The notes below the pieces were generated by a model, which did no database searches, was not told the DNA's origin, and worked only from the letters and a program-made list of their open reading frames with translations. A stretch of DNA of 64,000 bases, taken from assembly GCA_963666515.2 (NCBI GenBank), contig OY762897.2:1760001-1824000 (forward strand), given 5' to 3'. The position numbers and the translations under genes are program-made. This document shows positions 48,281 through 58,098 of the stretch, piece after piece; within the stretch, counting starts at the first letter, position 1; each line of letters begins with the position of its first letter. The stretch is from Candidatus Binatia bacterium (GTDB lineage Bacteria > Desulfobacterota > Binatia > UBA9968 > JAJDTQ01).

Positions 48281-48341
48281 AGCGTTGGACGTGCTTAATT
48301 ATACGGAATCCAATCCTGACCACATTCGGAGGTTTTTGCTT

Positions 48342-49567
48342 ATGAGGATCCGAAGAGCTCATCTTGTCTGGCTGCTGCTCGCCGCGCTGCTGGCCTTCTG
48401 GCCGCTGTCGGGCACGTCGCACGAGACCTCGGAGACGGCTTCGTCGCAATCCGACATACCGGACGAGCAGAAGGAGCCGTTCGAGCTGGTGATGGCCTAC
48501 ACCAACGTCACGGTCGGCCCGGGCCAGGAATTCGAGATGGACGCCGAGGTCATCAACCCGAGGAAGGCGACGGTCCAGGTCAACGTGAAGGTCGACTCGC
48601 TGCCCGACGGCTGGACCGCGGGGTTCCATTCCAGGTATCCGAGCTTCCCCGTGGCCGGCATCATGGTCCAGGGGAACAAGAACACCACCCTCGAGTTCAA
48701 GGTCAAGCTCCCGGACGACGTGGAGCCGGGCGACTATGAGGTGGCGGTGACGGCCCAGGACGGCAAGGGAGAGAAGGTGGAGAAGACCACGCTTTCCCTC
48801 AGCGTCTCCGCCAAGAAGGTCGACACCGGCGGGCTCAAGATGGAGAGCCAGTATCCGGTCCTGAGCGGCACCAGCGACCAGACCTTCAAGTTCGGCATCG
48901 ACCTCAAGAACGAGACCGACAACCCGCTGACCACCGCCCTGGCCGCGCAGGCGCCGCCGGGCTGGGTGGTGCGGATCAAGCCCCAGTTCGAGGACACCCA
49001 GATCTCCTCCATCGCGCTCAAGAAGGACTCGTCCGAGACCCTGAGCGTGGAGATACAACCGCCGCAGCTCGGTGAGCCCGGCGACTTTCCCGTCATCGTC
49101 AGGGCGCGCTCGGGCAACTTCACCGCCCAGGCCGACCTCAAGATCACGCTTGCCGGCACCCGGGTCCTGAACATGGGCACCGCAACGGGCCGGCTCAACG
49201 CGGACGTGACCGCCGGCGAGCAGTCCCAGGTGGATTTCCTCATCGGCAACGCCGGGACCGCGCCGCTGAACAACCTCTCGTTCATCTCGTCCAAGCCCGA
49301 CCAGTGGGAGGTCAACTTCAAGCCCGACAAGGTGGACTCCCTCAACCCAGGCGAGGTGCGCGAGGTCAAGATGGAGGTCACCGCTCCGGACCGGGCGGTG
49401 GCCGGCGACTACATGCTCGCGGTAACCACCAAGAGCCCCGAATCCAGGGAGTCCATCGACTTCCGGGTCACCGTGTCGACGCCGACCATCTGGGGATGGA
49501 TCGGAGCCTTCATCGTGGCCGTGGTGGTGCTGGCGCTGGCCGCGGTGTTCATCCGGCTGGGACGGCG

Positions 49568-49571
<4 letters not shown>
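48342..49571 (+). CDS. NEW3-domain exported, membrane-anchored protein
   Basis: Signal peptide; three Ig-like repeats (LPDGW...PGDYEV; PPGW...PGDFPV; PDQW...AGDYM); C-terminal TM. Confidence 0.78.
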
Positions 49572-50500
<929 letters not shown>

Positions 50501-50502
50501 CC

Positions 50503-51432
50503 ATGCCCGTCGTGTATTGGAAAGAGCTGCAGGATCACTTCAGCAGCCTGCGGTTCATGATCCTGCTGACTCTCATCATGCTGCCCGGAGTGCTGGCGGT
50601 CTACCTGTCCGGACAGGCGATCCAGCAGGAAGTCCAGACCAACCCGACGCCGCTGGTTTTCCTGAGGCTGCTCACCACCGAGTCCTTCTTCTTCTCCCTG
50701 GCCACCTTCCTGGGCTTCTTCGGCCCGCTGGTGGGCATCACCCTGGGATTCGACAGCATCAGCGGCGAGTACGGGCGGGGGACCCTCAGCCGGGTGCTCT
50801 CGCAGCCCATCTACCGGGACAGCCTGATCAACGGCAAGTTCCTGGCCGGTCTGACCACCCTGGCGATCCTGTGGGTGTCGATCCTGCTGGTGGTCCTGGG
50901 GCTCGGCATCGCCCTCATCGGCTTTCTGCCCAACGCCGAAGAGCTGTGGCGGATGCTCTTCTTCGCCATCGTCGGCATCACCTACACGGGCTTCTGGCTG
51001 GCCCTGGCCATGCTGCTGTCCATGCTGCTCAGAAGGACCGTGACCGCGGCGTTGGCCTCCATCGCCATCTGGCTCTTCCTGGGCATCTTCATCGGCGTCC
51101 TGGCCGGTTTCCTGGCGGGGCTGATCGTGCCGAACCCACAGAACGCGGAGGACGTGACCCGGCTCGCGACCATCGAGACCGTGCTGGCGCGCATGTCGCC
51201 CAGCCTGCTCTACACCGAGTCGGTGCGGCTGCTGCTGAACCCGGTGGCGCGGAGCCTGATCCCGATCCTGCCGGAGCAGCTCGGCCAGCTACAAGGGCTT
51301 CTCATCACGCCGCTCAACCTGGGACAGAGCCTGCGGTTGATCCTGCCGATGTTCTTCACGCTGGTGGCGCTGGTGGCCGTGTGCTTCGGCATCGCGTACA
51401 TCAAGTTCATGCGGACGGAGATCCGCGGCTGA
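50503..51432 (+). CDS. ABC-2 type transporter permease
   Basis: GFDSISGEYGRGTL...LSQPIYR...GKFLAG; about 6 TM. Confidence 0.9.
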   Translation: MPVVYWKELQDHFSSLRFMILLTLIMLPGVLAVYLSGQAIQQEVQTNPTPLVFLRLLTTESFFFSLATFLGFFGPLVGITLGFDSISGEYGRGTLSRVLSQPIYRDSLINGKFLAGLTTLAILWVSILLVVLGLGIALIGFLPNAEELWRMLFFAIVGITYTGFWLALAMLLSMLLRRTVTAALASIAIWLFLGIFIGVLAGFLAGLIVPNPQNAEDVTRLATIETVLARMSPSLLYTESVRLLLNPVARSLIPILPEQLGQLQGLLITPLNLGQSLRLILPMFFTLVALVAVCFGIAYIKFMRTEIRG

Positions 51433-51464
51433 CCCTGGTAGAAGACGCGGACCGAACGCGGGGC

Positions 51465-51502
51465 AAAAAAAGGGCAGGTGTCATGTGACACCTGCCCTTT
51501 TT
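51465..51502. terminator. Bidirectional rho-independent terminator
   Basis: A7-GGGCAGGTGTCA-TG-TGACACCTGCCC-T5 between convergent genes. Confidence 0.85.
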
Positions 51503-51524
51503 ACGTTCCGGTTCGCCGGAGGGT

Positions 51525-52016
51525 TCAGGATGCCTCGCCGCCCTTCCCCACTCCCATGATGGACTCGACGATCTTCTTGTAGCCGGTGCAACGGCAGATG
51601 TTGCCATTCATGTACTCGATGACTTCTTCCTCGGTGGGTTCCGGGTTCTCGTCGAGCAGGGTCTTGGCGGTGAGGATCATCCCCGGCGTGCAGAAACCGC
51701 ACTGGAAGCCGCCGTACTCGATGAAGGCTTCCTGGATCGGGTGAAGCTTGCCGTCCTGGGCCATGCCCTCGATGGTGAGCACGTCCTTGTCCCTGGCCTC
51801 GAAGGCCGGCAGGGTGCACGAGCTTACGGGGCGGCCGTCGAGCAGCACCGTGCAGGCGCCGCACACCTGCACGTCGCAGGAGCGCTTGGCGCCGGTGAGG
51901 CCCAGGCGCTTGCGGATCACGTCCAGGAGCAGCTCGTGCGGCTCCACCTCGATGTCGTAGCGAGTCCCGTTCACGTTGAAGGATAACGGGAGGGTCTGCC
52001 GTCCTGTGTTCGCCAT
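51525..52016 (-). CDS. Mo-hydroxylase [2Fe-2S] small subunit (CoxS/CutS-like)
   Basis: SCDVQVCGACTV, QCGFCTPG, GNICRCTGY. Confidence 0.92.
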   Translation of the reverse strand: MANTGRQTLPLSFNVNGTRYDIEVEPHELLLDVIRKRLGLTGAKRSCDVQVCGACTVLLDGRPVSSCTLPAFEARDKDVLTIEGMAQDGKLHPIQEAFIEYGGFQCGFCTPGMILTAKTLLDENPEPTEEEVIEYMNGNICRCTGYKKIVESIMGVGKGGEAS

Positions 52017-52056
52017 AGCTGCTGGCCTCCGCTCGTTTCGTGGTGAGGCTGGCCGG

Positions 52057-52926
52057 CTATCCGGCCAGCTCGGCGCGGATGTCGTTGAAGGCCCGGGTCA
52101 ACAGGACCTTGACGATGTGTTCCTTGTATTCGGCCGAGCCGTGGAGGTCGCTGATGGCGTCCGCGGCGCGTCCGGCCATGTCGCCGGCCTCGGCCATGAG
52201 CTGCCCGGCCTCATCCAGGCTCTTTCCCCGCAGCACCGCTTCCGCCTCCTCCACCCGCATGGACTTGGGTCCCACGCAGCCCACCGCGATGCGCACGTCC
52301 TCCACCGACTTCCGCGCCTTGTCCGCCATGACGTGCAGCGCCACGCCCGCGCTGGGACGCTCCAGGTAGCCGAACTTGCGGTAGCGCACCGCGGCGTTGG
52401 CGCCAGGCAGCGGCACCACGATCTCGGTGAGGACCTCGTCCTCCTCGATGGCCGCCTCGTAGGCGTCCACGAAGAACTCGTTCATGGGGATGTCCCGGGA
52501 GCCGCCGGCCTTCTGGGCCACCACCGTGGCGTCCAGGGCCAGGAGCAGCGTGCCCGGATCGGCGTGGGGCTCGGCGAAGGTCAGGTTACCGCCGATGGTT
52601 CCCACCTCGCGCACCCGCAGGTTGGCCACGTTCCGCTCCATCTCCACCAGCACCGGGAGCTTGTCCTGCAGCGTCCCGGACTGTTCGAGCTGCCGGTGGG
52701 TGCTCAGCGCCCCCAGCCTCAGGCTGCCGTTGTCCTGCGTGATCCCGTCCAGGCCGGGTATCTTCTTGACGTTGACGAGGCACTCGAAGTGGACGAGCCC
52801 CTCCTTCATGGCCAGCAGAAGCTCGGTGCCGCCGGCGTAGACCTTGGCCGAGTCGCCATAGCGGGCGAGGGATTCGGACGCCTCCTTGACGCTCTCCGGC
52901 TCTTCCAGACGGAACGGACGCAGCAT
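52057..52926 (-). CDS. Mo-hydroxylase FAD-binding medium subunit (CoxM/CutM-like)
   Basis: AGGTEL, GTIGGNL...ADP, SDLHGSAEYK. Confidence 0.92.
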   Translation of the reverse strand: MLRPFRLEEPESVKEASESLARYGDSAKVYAGGTELLLAMKEGLVHFECLVNVKKIPGLDGITQDNGSLRLGALSTHRQLEQSGTLQDKLPVLVEMERNVANLRVREVGTIGGNLTFAEPHADPGTLLLALDATVVAQKAGGSRDIPMNEFFVDAYEAAIEEDEVLTEIVVPLPGANAAVRYRKFGYLERPSAGVALHVMADKARKSVEDVRIAVGCVGPKSMRVEEAEAVLRGKSLDEAGQLMAEAGDMAGRAADAISDLHGSAEYKEHIVKVLLTRAFNDIRAELAG

Positions 52927-52929
52927 GGG

Positions 52930-53382
52930 TCAGGCTCCTCCCTCGAGTTCCTGCTTGACCGCCTGGGCGAATTTCGCCATGTCGTTGTCGGCCTTGCGCT
53001 TGATGATGCTGTGGCCCAGGGTGGCGAGCTTGCCGAGGATGTCCACGGAGGCCACCAGCGAGACCTGCGTTGCCTCGCCCCGGTCCTCCAGCGAGACGTC
53101 GAGGTCCACCTTGAGGTGGCTCCCGATCTTGTTGTCGCTGCCGGAGGCGCGGGCCTTGATGCGGTCCTTGGGCTGGTTCTCCACCACCTCGATCTTGATG
53201 GGGAAAGTGACCTTGAAGGGACCCACCCGGGCCACCATCTTGGCAGTGTACTCCTCGCCGGCCTTGACCGTCGAGGCTTCCTCGCAGCCGGGAACGCAGG
53301 CGATCAGCCGGTCCACGTCCCACAGGAAGTCCCAGGCCTTGTCCCGCGGCACTCCGATCTCGATACTGTTCTCGAAATTCAT
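52930..53382 (-). CDS. CoxG/SRPBCC family protein
   Basis: WDFLWDVDRLIACVPG, ARVGP, GKLATLG. Confidence 0.85.
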   Translation of the reverse strand: MNFENSIEIGVPRDKAWDFLWDVDRLIACVPGCEEASTVKAGEEYTAKMVARVGPFKVTFPIKIEVVENQPKDRIKARASGSDNKIGSHLKVDLDVSLEDRGEATQVSLVASVDILGKLATLGHSIIKRKADNDMAKFAQAVKQELEGGA

Positions 53383-53415
53383 AACGGGGTTCTTAGCAGA
53401 ATCCCGCCCGCGACA

Positions 53416-54408
53416 TCAAGCACGCTCGTTGAAGCCTTCGAGCACCTCGAACTCCTGCGACAGGTAGGTCTTGAGCTTCTTCTTGACCCGGTTCTCGATC
53501 TGGCGGACCCGCTCCCGGCTGATGCCGTAGCGCTCGCCGATCTCGCGCAAGGTCAGCGGCTGCTCGGCCATCAGCCGCTCCCGGAAGACCACCAGCTCCT
53601 TGTCCTTGAGACCCTGCCCGAAGGTCTTGAGGCGGTCCTTGACCGCCTGGCGGTACTCGTCCTCGGCCAGACGCTCTTCCGGGGTGGGACTGTCGTCGGT
53701 AAGGGTGTTCAGGAGGGTCGCGGCCTCGCCCTCGCCCACGGGCGCATCGGTGGAGAGGTCCCGGCCCGAGAGCCGCTGGTCCATCTCGATCACCTCGGAC
53801 TCCTTCACGTCCAGCCGCTGGGCGATCAGCTTGGCGCCGGGCACGAAGCCCTCGGCTTCGAGCTTCTCCTTCTCCTTCTGGAGGTTGAAGAACAGCCGGC
53901 GCTGGGCCTGGGTGGTCCCCAGCTTGACCATGCGCCAGTTGTTCATGAGGTAGCGGATGATGTAGGCGCGTATCCACCAGACCGCGTAGGACGGGAATCG
54001 GACGCCGCGGTAGGGATCGAAGTTCTTGAGGCTCTCCATGAGCCCGATGTTGCCCTCCTGTATCAGGTCCAGGAGGTTGCGGAAGGCCCGCTCGTACTCC
54101 CGGGCGATCATCACCACCAGGCGCAGGTTCGCCCGCACCAGCTTGTAGGCGGCCTCGACGTCGCCGAACTGCTTGTACTGGACGGCCAGCTCGTGCTCTT
54201 CCTCGCGGGTGAGCACCGGGTAGCGGCGGATCTCGGAGAGATAGCGCTGCAGCGCATCGAAGGGGACCAGCGCGCCGGACGGCTCCTGCTCCTCGCCGGC
54301 GCCGTCCGCGACCTCGTCGATCTCGTCCGGCAGCAACGCTTCGGCGGCCGCGTCCTCGGCCGGAGCGTCGCTCTCCTCGACTACCTCGATGGGCGGGTAA
54401 GTGGCCAT
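53416..54408 (-). CDS. rpoH: RNA polymerase sigma-32 factor
   Basis: DLIQEGNIGLM; RpoH box VKLGTTQAQRRLFFNL; ISRERVRQIE. Confidence 0.88.
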   Translation of the reverse strand: MATYPPIEVVEESDAPAEDAAAEALLPDEIDEVADGAGEEQEPSGALVPFDALQRYLSEIRRYPVLTREEEHELAVQYKQFGDVEAAYKLVRANLRLVVMIAREYERAFRNLLDLIQEGNIGLMESLKNFDPYRGVRFPSYAVWWIRAYIIRYLMNNWRMVKLGTTQAQRRLFFNLQKEKEKLEAEGFVPGAKLIAQRLDVKESEVIEMDQRLSGRDLSTDAPVGEGEAATLLNTLTDDSPTPEERLAEDEYRQAVKDRLKTFGQGLKDKELVVFRERLMAEQPLTLREIGERYGISRERVRQIENRVKKKLKTYLSQEFEVLEGFNERA

Positions 54409-54501
54409 GTCGTCACGCTGAATGTACCGTTTTTACGGGGTTTTCTCAAGAACGCGGCGTCACCTTGACATGACGCACGGGGGACCCTATCCTAACCCAT
54501 C

Positions 54502-54981
54502 ATGGCACTTTCAGAGACCATCACAGGCTGGTTCGACCGCAACCGGGCCAAGCGGGAGGAACGCACCACACGCACCGTGCTGGCCGACGACTACCGGGAA
54601 CTGGCCCGCCTTGCCAACCAACTCAAGCTGCACGCGGAAAAGGCCCCCTACCCCTTCGTGGGCGAGCGGCTGAGGGAGATGGCCGCGGAAAAGGAAAAGA
54701 GCATCGGGCTCTTGTTCGAGAACATCGAGCAGCTCGGCGCCCGGGTCGCCAAGTTCGATTCGAGCATCCCGTCCGGCAGGAACCACTGGGAACGGATGCA
54801 CCAGGACGTGGAGGACCAGAAGCGGGTGGAGGCGAGGCTCACGGACGACGTCTCCTATCTGGCGCTGGAAGCGCCGGAGCACAGTCAACTGCTCCGGCAA
54901 CTGGTGGAGGTCGAGCGCCGTCACAAGGCGGAGCTGCTGGACCTGCTGGCCAAGGCCGACCCTCAGGCCGAACAAACGTAA
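54502..54981 (+). CDS. Ferritin-like four-helix-bundle hypothetical protein
   Basis: Helical, EVERRH (ExxH-like) motif, HAEKAPYP. Confidence 0.55.
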   Translation: MALSETITGWFDRNRAKREERTTRTVLADDYRELARLANQLKLHAEKAPYPFVGERLREMAAEKEKSIGLLFENIEQLGARVAKFDSSIPSGRNHWERMHQDVEDQKRVEARLTDDVSYLALEAPEHSQLLRQLVEVERRHKAELLDLLAKADPQAEQT

Positions 54982-55030
54982 AGTCTCACCTCAGATTCTC
55001 GCCGATAACCTCCCCCAAAGGAAGTGTCCA

Positions 55031-55432
55031 TCAGTCGATCACGGCGAGCCCGGACACCTCGACCATGCAGTCCGGGTTGTAGAGTCCCGATACCTGAACC
55101 AGGGTAATCGCGGGAAAGTGTTTCCCGAAGATCGCCCGGTAGGAAGCGCCGATCTCCTTGCGGTTGTCGTGGTAGGCCTTGACGTCGGTCACGTACATCG
55201 TCAGCGTCGCGTAGTCCTGGGGACGGCCGCCGGCCCCTTCGATGGCCGTCCGCAGGTTCTCCCACACCTGCCGGAACTGGGCCGCGAAATCGCCCTTGCC
55301 GACCACCTCTCCGTCCGCGTTGAACGGCGCCTGCCCCGCCACCTGCACCAGCCGGCCCGAAGAGACCCTGGCCAAGTGCGAGTATCCCACGGGATTCTCA
55401 AGCCCGCTCGGATTGATCAGATCGAATGCGAT
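55031..55432 (-). CDS. RidA/YjgF family protein
   Basis: INPSGL..PVGYSH, VAGQ, FPAITLVQVSGL, VEVSGLA. Start inferred at ATC 6 nt after AAGGAGG. Confidence 0.85.
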   Translation of the reverse strand: MAFDLINPSGLENPVGYSHLARVSSGRLVQVAGQAPFNADGEVVGKGDFAAQFRQVWENLRTAIEGAGGRPQDYATLTMYVTDVKAYHDNRKEIGASYRAIFGKHFPAITLVQVSGLYNPDCMVEVSGLAVID

Positions 55433-55551
55433 GACGCGCCTCCTTCGTTCGGCTCGAACCCGTTCCCCAGGTTCACGCCATTCCTTAAGAATCCCGTAGC
55501 GGGTAGTCAAGTACCCGAAAGCCGTGAAAGCCGTTTTTCTTCCGCCCGGCC

Positions 55552-56550
55552 TCACCGGCGCCCGAACGCGCGAATGAACTCCCCGATCTCCCCCACCACG
55601 TCGTCCGTGCACGGCACGTAGGGAAGGATCACCCGGGTGGCGCCGGCTTCGCCGTACGCCTTCACCTGCTCCAGGACCTCCGCCACCGACTCCCCCGCCA
55701 CCAGCGGCAGGCCGTCCAGCAGCCGGTCCGTGACCTGCCCGGTGGCGGCCTGGAAACCGGACGCCCGCCAGGCCTCCCGGATCGCCGCGACCTCGTCACC
55801 GAAGCCCATGCGCGCCAGCAGATCCCGGTAGTAGTCGGCCAGCGCGTAGTAGGTCAGGATGCGCCCCAGCGCCCGGCGCGCCGCTCCCCTGTCCCCGGCG
55901 ACACAGCACCGCACCTTGCAGATGATCTCCAGCGCCGCCGGGTCCTTGCCGGCCAGCCGCGCCCCTTCCCGGGCGTTCTCGACGATGCGGCGGATCTCCC
56001 CCGGGTTGGCCATGTTTATGAGCACGCCATCGCTCAACCGACCGGCCAGACGGCTCATCTGCGGCCCGAATGCCGCCACGTAGACCGGAATGCGCCGCTC
56101 CGAGGGCTTGAACGCCAGCTTGAAGGCGCGGGCCTGGTAGAACCGGCCCTGGTAGTCGAGCTTCTCGCCCCGGAGGGCCGCGCCGACGATCTCCAGGTAC
56201 TCCCGGATGCGCGCCAGCGGCCGGTCGAACTCCACCCCGTGCCAGTCGGCGATGGTCGGATTGGAGATGCCGAGGCCGAACAGGAACCGCCCGCCCGACA
56301 GCTCGTCGAGGCCGGCGGCATGGAGCGCCATGCTCACCGGGGTCCGGCCCAGCATGTGGTAGACCGCCGTGCCCAACTCCAGCCGGGCGGTCACCGCGGC
56401 CGCCGCCGCCAGCATCACCGTCGGGTCCTTGTTGTTGGCCTCGCCGCCCCAGGCGCAGCCGAACCCGCTGTCCTCCGCGGCCCGGGCCAGGGCGGGAATG
56501 GCGTCCATGGGAAGCTGGGCGCCGGAGTTGAATTCGATGTCGAGCTTCAT
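55552..56550 (-). CDS. LLM-class flavin/F420-dependent oxidoreductase
   Basis: AEDSGF, LGTAV, SGGRFLFGLG, PVYVAAFGPQM...DGV. Confidence 0.88.
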   Translation of the reverse strand: MKLDIEFNSGAQLPMDAIPALARAAEDSGFGCAWGGEANNKDPTVMLAAAAAVTARLELGTAVYHMLGRTPVSMALHAAGLDELSGGRFLFGLGISNPTIADWHGVEFDRPLARIREYLEIVGAALRGEKLDYQGRFYQARAFKLAFKPSERRIPVYVAAFGPQMSRLAGRLSDGVLINMANPGEIRRIVENAREGARLAGKDPAALEIICKVRCCVAGDRGAARRALGRILTYYALADYYRDLLARMGFGDEVAAIREAWRASGFQAATGQVTDRLLDGLPLVAGESVAEVLEQVKAYGEAGATRVILPYVPCTDDVVGEIGEFIRAFGRR

Positions 56551-56645
56551 GGGGTCTCCAGGAAATGATGCGGTTAGCACCGCCTCACCCCGCGGTCAAG
56601 CGTCACGTCTTGAAACTCGGGGATGTATCCATTAGTTACCGTGCC

Positions 56646-57563
56646 ATGATCATCGACGCTCACGCCCATCTGGTGCCGCAAGGCTGGTACCACCCCAAGT
56701 CGCCGCAGGCCATCTTCGACATCCCGCGTCTGCGGGACGAGCAGCAGCAGGCCGGGGTAGACCTGACGATCTTCGGCAACAACTGGATCCGCACGCCCGC
56801 GGGCAAGGACCCCTTCGACATCGTGACGGAGTTCAACGCGTTCGCGGCCGAGACCACCGCCAAGCATTCGGACTACCTGCTGGGGCTGGCCTGCTCGGTG
56901 CCCTTCGGCGGCGACAAGTTCCTCAAGGAGACCGAGCGGGCGGTGCGCGAATACGGGCTCAAGGGGATCATGATCAACTCGAGCGTCGACGGAGAGTACC
57001 TGGACTCGCCCAACGCCGTGCCGTTCTTCGAGTTGGTGACGGACCTCGACGTGCCGCTGTTCGTGCACCCGCCCCGGGTCACCATCGGCGCGGAGAAGAT
57101 GGAGATCTTCCGGTTGCCCGAGATGGTCGGGCGGCCCTTCGACACTACCCTCTCGCTGTCGCGCTTCATCCTAACCGGCGGCTTCGAGCGGTTTCCGGAC
57201 CTCGTCATGATCTGCTCCCACGTCGGCGGCGCCCTGCCGATGCTGCCCGGACGCCTGGACTTCGGCTACGAGCTGCGCAAGGACGACAGCTTCGGCCCCT
57301 GGGAGCCCGACGTGCTGCCGCGGGCGCCGAGCACCTACATCGAGCAGCTCTACTACGACACGGTGAGCCTCCACGCCCCGGCTGTCACCTGCGCGGTGGA
57401 GACCGCGGGCGCGGACCACGTCCTGTTCGGCAGCGACTTCCCGCCGGTGCCGATTCCCCTGGAGCGCTCGGTGGACGCCGTGCGGGACGTCCGCCTGCCC
57501 GACTCGGACAAGCAGAAGATCCTGGGCGGCAACACCGCGAGGCTGCTACGGCTGGGACAATAG
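56646..57563 (+). CDS. Amidohydrolase_2 family protein (ACMSD/LigW-like)
   Basis: IDAHAH, LFVHP, SHVGG, LYYDT, LFGSDFP, ILGGN. Confidence 0.88.
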   Translation: MIIDAHAHLVPQGWYHPKSPQAIFDIPRLRDEQQQAGVDLTIFGNNWIRTPAGKDPFDIVTEFNAFAAETTAKHSDYLLGLACSVPFGGDKFLKETERAVREYGLKGIMINSSVDGEYLDSPNAVPFFELVTDLDVPLFVHPPRVTIGAEKMEIFRLPEMVGRPFDTTLSLSRFILTGGFERFPDLVMICSHVGGALPMLPGRLDFGYELRKDDSFGPWEPDVLPRAPSTYIEQLYYDTVSLHAPAVTCAVETAGADHVLFGSDFPPVPIPLERSVDAVRDVRLPDSDKQKILGGNTARLLRLGQ

Positions 57564-57624
57564 CACGGGGCGGCCGATGGCCCGACCTCTCCTTTCGGGG
57601 CCGCCCGGCATGGACGCCCGGCCG

Positions 57625-58098
57625 TCAACCCAACACGAGGAACAGGCAGATGTGGGCCGTCAGGTTCGCGTAGACCCCGGCCGCGACGTCGTCCATCATG
57701 ACGTTCCAGGGTCCCGGACGGCGGTCGAAGAACGAGACCGGCGGGGGCTTCCACACGTCGAAGAGGCGGAACAGGACGAACGCGGCGAGCATGTATTCCC
57801 AGCGGCCCGCGTAACCGACGCTGACGAGCGCGATCCACTGTCCCGCCACCTCGTCGCACACGACATGGGACGGGTCCTTCGGTCCGCCGTCGGCGTGAAG
57901 CACGACCGCGGTGGCGACCCCGCCCAGGATGAACACGGCGACGGTGACTGGCACCAGGACCGGGCCCTGCTGGATTGGCACGACGAGTGCATAGACCATA
58001 ACCGCGAAGGCGCTGGCGGCCGTACCCGGGGCCACGGGAAAGAATCCCAGATAGCCGACGCTGGCCACGGCCGTGGCCCATGTTGAATTCCGCTCCAT
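57625..58098 (-). CDS. pgpA: Phosphatidylglycerophosphatase A
   Basis: APGTAAS, DPSHVVCDEVAG, FRLFDVWKP, VMMDDVAAG. Confidence 0.88.
   Translation of the reverse strand: MERNSTWATAVASVGYLGFFPVAPGTAASAFAVMVYALVVPIQQGPVLVPVTVAVFILGGVATAVVLHADGGPKDPSHVVCDEVAGQWIALVSVGYAGRWEYMLAAFVLFRLFDVWKPPPVSFFDRRPGPWNVMMDDVAAGVYANLTAHICLFLVLG

Noticed and set aside
51976-54468. 830-aa + strand ORF and similar long ORFs (e.g. 6336-8432, 7576-9429, 14050-15600, 25201-27063, 44524-46011)
   Set aside because: Antisense or alternate-frame shadows of well-supported genes in high-GC DNA.
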